This document shows positions 44,240 through 56,195 of a stretch of 64,000 bases of DNA, in pieces (position 1 is the first letter of the stretch; every line of letters begins with the position of its first letter). This stretch comes from Chrysomallon squamiferum (taxonomy: Eukaryota; Animalia; Mollusca): assembly GCA_012295275.1 (NCBI GenBank), contig CM022673.1, positions 26,288,001 through 26,352,000 on the forward strand, written 5' to 3'. The notes beneath the pieces were generated by a model that searched no databases, was not told where the DNA came from, and was given only the letters and a program-made list of their open reading frames with translations. The translations under genes and the position numbers were made by a program.

Positions 44240-46515
44240 CTGTTATTGACATGCCCATTTTCTTTTCCTTTAGAATGTTTTGCAGAACTTCCTTTCTTTT
44301 CAGAAGCTAGCTGCCAGTTGATTGGTGTGTCATGATCTCCATTTGTCAAATTCTGAGACTTTGATTTCAGAAGTTTTCCTGAAGCATTGCTTATTGATCC
44401 AAAGGCATTCTGAACACTTTTGCGAATATTACTCTTAAACTTTCTTATGCTACCGTATTTATGTTTTTCATCACTGGAACATTCACTTGACTTTTTATTG
44501 TATTTTCCTTTCTTCTGCTTGTCATTACTTTTTAAATCTTTGACTTTTGGTGGGATTATCGACGATTTAAATCCTTGCGACGTGTGTCTCATCAAACTTG
44601 GCATCCCAGGGTCGTCGATGTCATCATCAGGGTCAAGGTCATGTTCGGGCGTCCATTCATCAGAAAATACTGATGTGTCATTTGATTCACTTGTTTCATC
44701 TTTATCCTCTTCTGATGGATGTTTATCTTGTTCTTGCTTCTCTTTGTGCTCTGCCAACCACTTCTTATCCAGATCTCGACTCATTTTCTTTAACAGATTC
44801 ACAGCTTCTTCTTGTTTTTGCTCAGACAGTTTCATAGCATTTTGCTTTTCCTTTTCCTGCAGTATTTTGTTTCTTTCTTGTCTTTCCTCGTAAGCTCTTG
44901 CTAACTGTTCCTTGAACAGATCCTGAGGACTTTTAGGCTTTTCTGAAATTACTGACACTTTTGGTTTTTCATGCTCAGAGTCATCAGAATTGTTCTCATC
45001 AAGAGAATTGGTGATGTCCTTGGCGCACACTGTTTCAGTATTCCTTGTGTCTGAAGATGATGATGCCTCAGCATCTTTATTGTCTGATTTTTCTGCTGAC
45101 TGACTGACAGTGACATTCACATTTTCTACAGCATCAGACTGTGGAGATGAGGTTTTATTCTGTGAGTTGTCTTGTGACTGATTGTCAGTGACATTCACAT
45201 TTTCTATAGCATCAGACTGAGGAGATGACATATTATTCTGTGAGTTGTCTTGTGATTTCAATAAAGCATCAAGCTTCTCTAAAGCATCTTGTTCTGCAGA
45301 ATTTTTGGACGTGTCTAAAGAAACATCCTCTTTCTCTGTATTTTTAGTAGTTGTCACAGAAGAATTAGTGTCCTGCACAGTGGTTGCTGGAGAAACAGCA
45401 GTGGAAGATGTCTGAGAAATACTAGGAGGTGGAGGAGCCATTTTATTTTTGCTGCTAGTTGTAGAAACTGTGGAACATATCGATGACTTTCGTAGAAAAA
45501 CATTTTGAGGTACAGTTTTGGAACACACACTGTCCATGTTGTAATCAATAGGAGGTTCGTCTTCTTGAGCGCAAGCCCTATCTGAAGACACTGGAGGTGG
45601 TGGTGCACGTTTCTTTTTCTGTTTGCTTACACCAGCATCGGAACTTGTAGTACTTGTACTCCGCGAGGAAGCACGTATGGAGTAGTGTCTGTTAAAAGGT
45701 GAATCCTGTTTGTTGGTATTGAGATCTTCACTCATTTGATTCAGATTGATCCCAGTGTTCCTTTCAAGTTCCTCCATGTTTGTTTTTCTTCTGTACTCAG
45801 CCAGCTGAGCATATGTCATATTGTAAGAAACATCAATGTCAAATTTGTTTTTAATCGGTAGTGATATGGCACTGGGTAAAGGATTTCCGCTTGGATTTTT
45901 GCGCCACTGGTCATACAGGTGTTCTCGCGGGTCTTCGAAGATTGTGTTTTGTTCATTCATCAGACTTCTGGTAACCGAGTGATTTCTTCTGTGTCCTTTG
46001 TCTGATGCAGAGGCAGACCTGTCCAATGAGTTTGACCTCTTCAGGCCACCATTTGCATTATTTCCTTTCTGTGAAATATTAGAAACGTCTTTGTTATGAT
46101 CACCTGATCTGTGACTGTCCTTGCTGGTCCTGGGAAGTGTTGTGACTTCTGCAACATCCTTACTGTCACCTTCTTTCTCTCTGTTTTCCTTCTCACTCTC
46201 TCCACTTGAAGCTGTTTCCATGGACAGATCCAAAAACTCATCATCATCATACTTCTGTGGAAAGATGTCTGCAAACTCTGGATAAATTTTCGATATCTCC
46301 TGAGAGACTGGCCTGAGTTTTTTCTTTGGTAAAATTCCGCCAGGCATGACCAGGTTTTGTGGAACCACATAGCTGGGAGTCCTCTGGATGGCAACAGGAG
46401 GAGGTACTGTTGGTGGAGATTCAGGTCTTGGGGGAGGAGGTTTCTTCTCTGGGAGTGGGGCAGCCTGCTGGTTTCGAGGAATTGTTTGAATGTGAGCACT
46501 GCCTGACTGACCCAT
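44240..46515 (-). CDS. Large low-complexity/disordered protein, coding exon 1 (N-myristoylation signal, Pro-rich and KRAP-type motifs, predicted coiled coil)
   Basis: 759-codon non-repetitive ORF starting ACCATGG with an in-frame TGA 4 codons upstream. N-terminus MGQSGS; KQKKKRAPPPP and KNKMAPPPP motifs. Donor AACAG|GTAATT at 44240/44239 (phase 2). TTTTCAG acceptors at 46550 and 46542 imply an upstream UTR exon. Confidence 0.88.
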
Positions 46516-46840
46516 GGTGTTGCTTCATAAAACCATCAGTTCTGAAAATCTGAAAATATAGATAATATATATATATATATATATATATACATAGACACAC
46601 ACACACACACACACATTTATATCTATATCTATATATCTATATATAAATTTTTAACAAAAATCTACCATAATCACATCTCAAATTGGAGATAATCATCATT
46701 TAATGTACGTAAAATTAATCACCAGATAGATTCATATTTTTCTTTGATTAAATTTATCATAGATTCAACAATTAGCATACTCTGTTTTAAAAATTTGGTA
46801 TGTATAAAAGAAAACTAAAAAAATAATAATACAAGACTTT

Positions 46841-46957
46841 AACTGTCACACCTAAACTCAACCAAAACTTCATGTAAATGTAACTTCACCTAACCCAACC
46901 CTTCCAAACACTAGACATCAAACAGTGATCTGAGCCATGACCAAAGGTGTGACAGTT
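46841..46957. repeat. 117 bp segment bounded by a perfect 13 bp inverted repeat (possible small MITE)
   Basis: AACTGTCACACCT (46841-46853) ... AGGTGTGACAGTT (46945-46957). Confidence 0.5.
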
Positions 46958-48944
46958 TTCTACAATATCAAATACCTTTACAAAATCAAAAATTTAAATT
47001 AAATTCTTTCAAATAAGCCATCAGTGTCTTCATGTTTATATTTGAACATGTTAACTTGAACTGCTATTAATCTCTGATAGTGTAAAACTTTCAAAGATTT
47101 AAAACTTTTCCAGATATTGAAAAAAACAAAAAAAAAAAAAAAAACAAGCAAAATAGTAACAAACCTGGGATATTATATATAAACAGAAAATAAAACAACA
47201 AATGACAGTAGGTGCTTAACCATCACAGTTTTTAACCTACTGAAAAAAAAAAAACTAAACAGGAACTGAAAACACTGCAAGGAAAAATGATTAATACCAC
47301 AGGATTAAGGAAATGAAGAAATGATTATAAATATCACACCTGTAACATAATCACCTGTAACCATAAATGACATCCTTTAACCACACTACTAATTCAAAAA
47401 AATATATATATTATATATAGATATAACCAGATGCTGAAAGAAGATAAATCCTACACAACTTCACTACTACCATGCACCAGTCTTACTATAAACATAGCAA
47501 ACCTAAGCCAAAACACATTCACAGCAGATAAATTCCATTCAACAGGTTATTAAGAATGTTGAGCACCTGTCACCAAACTTCATTAATATACTCACAGTGC
47601 TGAACCTGTCTCAGCATGTTTCACAGAGCTCTTTCAAAGTAAACCAGGGACACATGTAACATCAGTATCCAAGATTATTAAAACAACAAGCAAGGAAAAG
47701 GCAAAAGTTTTTACTGTTAAGTCTCACAACAAGTACAAAATGTCTGCCTGCTTCTGATTTAACCCTGCTTGACTGCTTCTGAACCACTGTACCATGTCTT
47801 GTGTGATCTTTTGTGTGACTACAATACCCATCCCAGGACACACCACATGACAATGCTGCTAAATTTAGACCCAATCTTAAAAGCCCATCTTTGAGTAGGC
47901 AAACAGGATTCTCATCCTAATAATACAGCCTATTGTCTGGACATGCATTCATATATATATATATATATATAAATGCATACATACATAAATACATAAATAT
48001 AAATATATGTGTACATGCACATATATATATATACTCATAGGGACGACCCACCCAACCATATACATCCTATATTTATGTACATATATGTATGTAAGTTTGT
48101 GTGTATAATAACATGTACAAACAAACACACACATTACACACACACAAGCAAAACTATAAAGACACACACACAGACACACACATAAAACTACAAAGACATA
48201 CATACCCACACACATGATGATTAATGTAAAAGTTTCTTCCTTTTAACTGGTATGTCCTAACTTCCTTGTAAGACATGATTATATAAACATGAAACACACA
48301 CCTACTTCCTTGTAAAACACATCTAGGTAAATGAATCAACATAATTAAAACCCAGTGAAACTGTTTAATCCCTAATTCCTTAATTCCAGATGCTTGTTAA
48401 GAATTAAAAGATTACAGCAACAAATAAACAGACTGAATCATAGCTTATTATTATTTAGATTATTCATTCATTGTGTAAGGTTTTTTTTGTTGTTTTTTTT
48501 AATTCTATATTCTTCTATTGTAAATATAAGAAATTATTTTGCTAAAAATTTGTTTTTTTAAAAATAAATTTAAAATTAAAGATTCAAGCTCATCTTTAGG
48601 ACAAACAAAGTCAGCACAATCCTACATTGTCACTGGTAGAAATGATTACCACAAGAAAGAAATATTTAACAATCCACAGTTTTATTAATATATTTAAGGT
48701 GTATGCAAATATGAATAAAGTTGAGCATACCTGAACACAGAGCCTTAACCAAAACATTCCCCAGGTAACAAGATGTGAAAGGAGGGTGTGGATGATTTAA
48801 CCTGCACCAAAATTAGCAGACCTGTGCTTAGTCTGATGAATTAGCTGGTACTGTTACAGAGGCAGTAATGACAGTTAATAATCTGTTTTTCTCCAGGTTT
48901 TTTTTTTATTTCTTTTGTTTTAAATTTAATTTTTTTTTTTTTTT

Positions 48945-48991
<47 letters not shown>

Positions 48992-50172
48992 TTTTAATTT
49001 ATTGAATTTTTAAACTTTATTTTATTATATTACTATTTTTTAATTATTATTAATTTATTTATTTGTCTGTCTATCTGTTATTATTATTTCTTTATTATTT
49101 TTCTTCTTCTTCTTCTTCTTCTTATTATTATTTTATTTTGATACCTTTTTGGCAAAAATAGATAAACCATATGCATTTACATTTATTAATTTTTGTTTCT
49201 GATGTAAATTTATTTCTAATAATATTATTGAAATGTGTTAAAACAGACATACCCATTTTGTGATTGGCTTCACATTGTAACTTAAGTGTTGGTGACAACT
49301 ACATGATCATGAAAAGCATGCATGTGCATGAAATGTTCAGATGTCTCAGGGATTATATACACACTTAACAAAACAAACCATTTTAATGAACCATGAAATT
49401 TGGTACAAAATGGTTATAATTATACAGAAAATGTCGTACCAAGACTGTACAAAAATATAACTTTGTGATTTCAGAACTATTAACCAGAAAATTAATGGAT
49501 ATTTTTAAATGACAAATTTTAATGTTAATCTTTTAAATAAACAGTCTTTGTATAATGATGACATCTGAAATGGAAAATCTTGTATTTCCATTTCACGAGT
49601 TACGTTTTACTAATTAGCAACAACATATCTTAAAATTAAAACCTTCTCATACATAGTAAAATAAACCCCACAGGCTCAGATTCACCATTGACTGGATGGA
49701 CTGGTAAATAATCCTTTGGTATACGCTGAGAACTAAATCTTTAGCAAAAGACACCATAGGCAATCTATGCATCTTTACTAATATACCCCTTTTCAACATG
49801 AATGGAAAAATACAAAAACCAACAACATCCAAACATGTAACTAATACAGAAATAGCAGCTAGGTGAATAGAGTAAGATAATTATTATCTTGTTTTTGATT
49901 TTTTCTGATGCTCTGAATTTCAGCTGACTTCGTCCAATAATACACTGCACCGACTTCCTCAACCCTGGTTTAATGCATCACTGCTCTTCCTAGATACACG
50001 TTTACTGCATCACTGCACCCAAAATATTTCATGTCACTTCATTTCTTCAAGCACACTCTGAGTTCATTATTGGTGGGGGGGTTGTTTGTTTGTTTATTTA
50101 TGTTTTTTTTCATACCTTGGTAATTAATGTTAGTTTCAAAGATAAAAAGATGATAATGTATCTATCTATCTA

Positions 50173-50239
<67 letters not shown>

Positions 50240-51209
50240 ATTCTCATAAAAGAGGGGAAAATACTGATATTTAATACTGACTGTATATTAATTTTGCTCT
50301 TTATTTATTATATCCAGCCAAATAAGTTGTATTGCCAAAAGTGTTTCAGTGTGCACTTATTAAAAAAAATCCAGAATAATATAAAAGTGCTAAAGGTCTA
50401 TGTCTTTGGGAGGGTACATATTAAAAATCCCATGATGCTTCCAGCCAATGAAGTAACTGTAATGGGTTTCCTTTCTAACATCATTATATAAAATTACACA
50501 TGCTACATAATAGAAACAATCATTTTTTTCTTTTTTTTCTCAGAGGCAGACATTTTGATAGACTCCATCGTTAAGTTAATGTTGGTGGTTTTAACGGCTG
50601 AATCACCAAGACTGGTTTGTACTTGGATAACGAGTTTTGTTCTTGTCAGTATTCAGCAACAGTAATTAACTGACTGACTACAGCAACAGGTAAGAACAGC
50701 TTGACCAGGCCATAATTACAGTACATTAAACAGCAAGAACATTCTGGTCCTTAGACACGTCTGTCCACTTTGATGTGTCATCAGTTTAAACCTGGTTAGC
50801 AACTGGAGGAACATGTTGATGCAGAAGGAAATGAATAAAAACAAAACATATAAAAATGTTGTTGACTGCCAAAAACATGTCCCAGAAATGTTATTGAAGA
50901 GACAATGTTGATTTATTAATAATGAGTAAACAAATGGCATTATTAAGATATACAAGTGACTAAGTTATTTTGTTTACAGCTCCTGTTATTAGTAACAAAC
51001 AAATCAAAGGTTGTGATGTAATAGAGAAACTGAAGTTGTAAATATAATGAAGATAAAAATTGCTGACTTTGTTGTGCATTTCGTACAAGTGCAATGTAAA
51101 CATCAGATTCAAGATTATATTATTTACAGATATGGTAATTCTGTAAATAGTACACAGAAGGTCCTCCTGTAGTCTCATAGATCACAAGATCTGTATTCCT
51201 TGGTGCAAA

Positions 51210-51283
<74 letters not shown>

Positions 51284-51364
51284 ACAAACATACTTTTTGT
51301 GGGGGTCAATTTTTAATATGTTTAGTATAGGGCAGCAGGATGAAGGATATTGAGTGCAAAAAAA

Positions 51365-51397
<33 letters not shown>

Positions 51398-52473
51398 TTG
51401 GCAATTCAGTGGATAATAAGTCCTCTGTTTCCTCTTTGAATCTTCAATGAACAGAAATATCAAAATCTAATTTAATAAAAAAAAAATTAATAATTTATAG
51501 GTATGATTTAGCAATAAAAGAAAGGCATTTACATAATTTTCGTGAACCAGTGAAATAAAAATCATTAATCCATTTTACCTCATTAAAAAGAACTTAAAAA
51601 CAAAATGGCTAACATCAGCAAAATTCCCACGGATTCCTTAAACAAGAACAACATTTTTTAATTTAAACTCATCTCTCTCTTAACAACAAAAATGTGTAGT
51701 GTATTTAAATAGGATATTCAGAAACAGCAGTGAAATTCTGAAATTTTTAAAAAATATATAGTTCATCATAAAAAAAAAAAAAAAAAAAAAAAATTAAGTT
51801 CACCAAAAGAACCAATTTTATACAATAAAAACAGAAATAAAAAGTGTGGGTCCAGACCTTTTATTGTGTATGTAAATACTCTCAAGACATATATCTGTGT
51901 GGTCTCATAAAGTGACACCAACACCTACATACGAATTTCATTTTCTATAAGCTTATTAATGTTTGCCTTTCACTAAAATTTCTTATTATTGCCGTATAAG
52001 AGTTCTACAGCAAGATAACAGAAATGACAGACTGCAATGAAAATGCCTCCCTGTTCTCTGAGGTTCAAAATAAGGACAGATGCTGGAGGGCAAGTTTAGA
52101 TGCATATTTTTATTGTTATTATTATCAGTTACAGTCTTTTTTTAGACAACATCAAAGGTAATTTAATATACACGAACGAAATAAATCGTTACATCATCGT
52201 CAACAAATAAATGACTGAATACATAAAAAGGGTATCGCACTGCATTAAAAATTCAAAACAGTATATTTGTGTTTTTATTTTACAAAAGAGTGATAAGTCA
52301 TTCTTTGATTTCCTTCTTATTTTTATTTATTTATTTGTTTGTTTGTTTGTTTGTTTGTTTGTTTGTTTATTTATTTATTTATTCATTTGTTTGTTTGTTT
52401 GTTTGTTTGTTTGTTTGTTTATTTATTTATTTATTTATTTATTTATTCATTTCGTTTCTTTTCATTCTCCTTT

Positions 52474-52506
<33 letters not shown>

Positions 52507-53919
52507 CATCTGCCATAAATGCACTTATGGAAAGTATTCATTTCTAAAGGGTGTGGGGAGTGTTGCATTATGGACACAATACATTTTTTTTTTTTTTACA
52601 AACTGAAAATAGGTTGCATTTAAATGTTTTATTCAGTGTGAATGTTATCTGTAACCTACATAATGTGCCCAGTCACTGAAGTATGTAAACTTATATCTTC
52701 AGGTTAAGATGCAAAGTACACTTTTTATGTTTGTTTAGATTTTTTTAATTATTATTATTTATTTATTTATTTATTTATTTAACAAATAACTAAAAAAAAA
52801 AAAAATTTAAAGAATAACAAAATATGTATCTAATTTATTTTTGTAAATGTTATTGAAAAATTTTAAAATCACTGAAAGAACATTTCTTCATACATATGTA
52901 TGCACATTTACACAAATGTACCCAAATACTTTTGTTGCCTCTGGTAATCTGCAATGCTAAAGAGATTGCTATAGAATTTTTGAACCTCTTAAAGTAATAA
53001 TATTCAGTTAATGTTTATTTGATTTTTTTATCCAGAATGAATTATAATGTCGTGATTTATTTTTTACAAATAGACTGATTTTTAATATCTTTTTTTTCTC
53101 TCAACAACTGCTATCTAATTTTAAACATTTCTAAACATTTGCATGTTATTCATTTTCCTTTACTGCAAGTATATATATGTGTATAAGTAATGTATGCATA
53201 TCAGTGTGTATTAGTCTGTAAATATATGCCTGTCTATATATACACACACTCATTTATATATATTCACATACACATATATAAACATATATGTGTATGTATG
53301 GCTGTCTGACAGTATGTAATGTAAATCACATTTTTCAATTCTTTGAGATAATTAAACTTCATATTGTTCAACAGTAGTATAAAGCCAATTAAAATATGTA
53401 TTAGTCAGTGAGGTTATTTATTTTTTAAACATAAATTAACTGACTGCTATTGAATCACAATATCTCACAGTTAAAAACACAAAAAAGATCAAACTGAGAT
53501 AAAACATTAACAGACTGCCAGTGGTCCTGGAGCAAGATTGGGACTTTTCCCAACACTAGACACGAACATGGCTGATCTGTACATATTATCCAATCCTTGC
53601 ATTATCCTTAGGCTAACTGATAATATCTTTGTTAACAAAGTACACACAGTAATGACAATATGGCTATCAAACAACAGATCAGTTCCATGCACTTTTTATA
53701 CCACAGAACAATACCTCTTTGAACAAGATGTGTAATATATACAAAAATAACTGATTATACTGGTATATAATAACTAACAGATATTAAATATATTGTACTT
53801 TTTAGTTTTATATAATGTGTATATTGGATTTTAAACATTTTGGATTTTTAAACATTTTGGATATTTAAACATAATGATAAATTATACTGGTATGTGGTTA
53901 CATAATTACACAATATTGC

Positions 53920-54320
53920 TTCTTATCATTAGCTGCATTGTACTATACAACACCTGCTTTCAAAGAAAAACTGATCTTTCATTTCAAGCAAAGTGTTGAG
54001 AAATTACCCTTGCAATGTCTGGCAAAATCTGGGGTTTTCCTGAAATATTTAGGCAGCCTGCTTACTGTGATTCAGACATTTTATACTTATCATTAGGTCT
54101 GTTGCCATTTACAACACCTGTTTTCATTTCAAGCAAAGTGTTGAAAAACTACTTTGCAAAGTCTGGCAAAATGTGGTTTTCCTGAACTATTTATTGAGAA
54201 TCAGACAGTTTATACTTATCATTAATTCTGTTAAGCTATGTGCTCAGAAATTACCCTGAAAAGTCAGGCAGTGTGAAGATTTTCTAAATGTTTAGACAAC
54301 CAATGTATTGTGAATCAGAG
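53920..54320. repeat. Degenerate tandem duplication/triplication of a ~120-165 bp unit
   Basis: TTTCATTTCAAGCAAAGTGTTGA...GTCTGGCAAAAT...GGTTTTCCTGAA...TTTATACTTATCATTA occurs twice; a third diverged copy starts at AGAAATTACCCT. Confidence 0.8.
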
Positions 54321-55574
54321 CCTGTATATTCTACTGACTGTCTCATTTTGCACACTGGGCTGTAATATTTGTATATAGATTATCTTCAAATTAGATTCAC
54401 TAAATTTGTATTAGATTTTTGTGGAACTAAAATGAAAAATAAATTAAATATATATAAACAAAAATAAAACTTTTAAATAATAAGTGAAGAACAGTATATC
54501 AGGTTCACTTTTTTTTAAAGTTATTCTTAATGCACAGAATGCTTCTCCATTCAAAGAACAAAAAATATTTAAATATCTTTTACTAACCTTGAAGTTGAAA
54601 TTGTTAGTTATTGTTGTTGTTGATTCCTTGAGAGCAATGGTGGTTTTGGGGTTGGTTCTTTTTTCTTTTTTTTTGAGTAAACAATAGTTGTTTTTTTTTA
54701 TATCAATTTTGTTAAATTTTTTATACTACACATACCAATACTATTAAACTTTTCAGTTTCTACAGTTTGATTTCAAGTTTATTTCTCCATATCTACAACA
54801 TCCATTGTCATAAATTTGCTTATGAATTCTGGATTTCTATTTAAAAAATACACCTTTTTTAAAGGCAGTATATATAAATCTATATATTGTACTAATTTAA
54901 TTTACAGTGTGTGTGTGTGTGTATGTGTGTATGTGTTTTGTATACATTTTAAACAGGAACAAATTTTTTTTTTACACAGCCTCCTTTTCTTAAAACATGT
55001 GTTTAAGAATTGTTAATACATGTAGATATATGTAAGTTAAGAATAAAAATTAGAAAATGTTTACACACTTTTACTTAACCGAGAAATATTTAGTATATTT
55101 GTGAAAAGTATGCTTCACAGCTATTTGCTCAGATTAACACAAATACCTTTTCACCTGATCTGCATATCAAATTTCTGTTTCGCACACCATAAATTTGTAA
55201 GAAAAGACAAGAAAAAGTCAACAAAGTATCAAATGTGAAAGGAACCTGATCATTTAAAATGAACAAGAAGAAGAAGGAAGTTATTGCAGTAATGTTAATA
55301 TGACCGATAACAAAATCTTCAAATTTTTATTTTGAATTTTCACTGCTGTTGTTTAAATTATAACTAAATGAATAAATTAAGTAAAATTTTAAAAAATAGA
55401 ATAAAATAGTTGAAATTTAATTCTTAAATTAATAAAAAGTTAATTAAATAATGAAACATTTTTTTATATATAACTTTAAATAATATAAGTAAATAAAATT
55501 AAATAAAGTAAATATGTAATTAAATATTAAATTTATTAGAATAACATTGCCGACAGAATTTAAAAATAATAATA

Positions 55575-55617
<43 letters not shown>

Positions 55618-56164
55618 GTGTGTGTGTGTGTTATCAAACAAGCAAAACTAAGTCAAATAAATACATCATTTTTCAAAAGTAAATTAAATTGAAAAAACAA
55701 CATTTAATTAATTCAATTAATATGAAATCAAAAAAAAAGTAAATAAATAAATATATTTCTGAAAAAAAAAAAAAAAAAAAAAAATAAACCAGCGAAGTTA
55801 AGTAAAATAAATAAAAAGTAAATAAAAGGATCATAAAAACGATTCACGGCAAAATAGCCACATCTATCTCCCAAGCTGCAAGGTACGTATGATTGTAGGT
55901 CAGGTCACAGCTCCCGTTTTTCTAACAGATAATTTGAAAAACTTGTCAAACCACCTGTTCTGGTATATCTTGGATTCCTCTATGTTAAAACTAGAGTTAT
56001 TAATTCACGGAGATTTTATAGCGTGTTTATCATACGAGTGACAGTGACAGTTGACAAACAAAATAGATGTGTTCCTGTCATGGCGTAAGCTAATTATAAT
56101 ATCACAGTCAATAGTTTTGCACAGACGTTTTGAAAAGTGATATAATTATTTGCCAAAAAAAAAA

Positions 56165-56195
<31 letters not shown>

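Noticed and set aside
43133-44893. Plus-strand ORFs overlapping the minus-strand gene
   Set aside because: Antisense shadows with no independent support.
50612-50630. CTGGTTTGTACTTGGAT resembling a 5S rRNA internal segment
   Set aside because: Only ~17 nt of similarity and the flanks do not match 5S; at most a SINE remnant.
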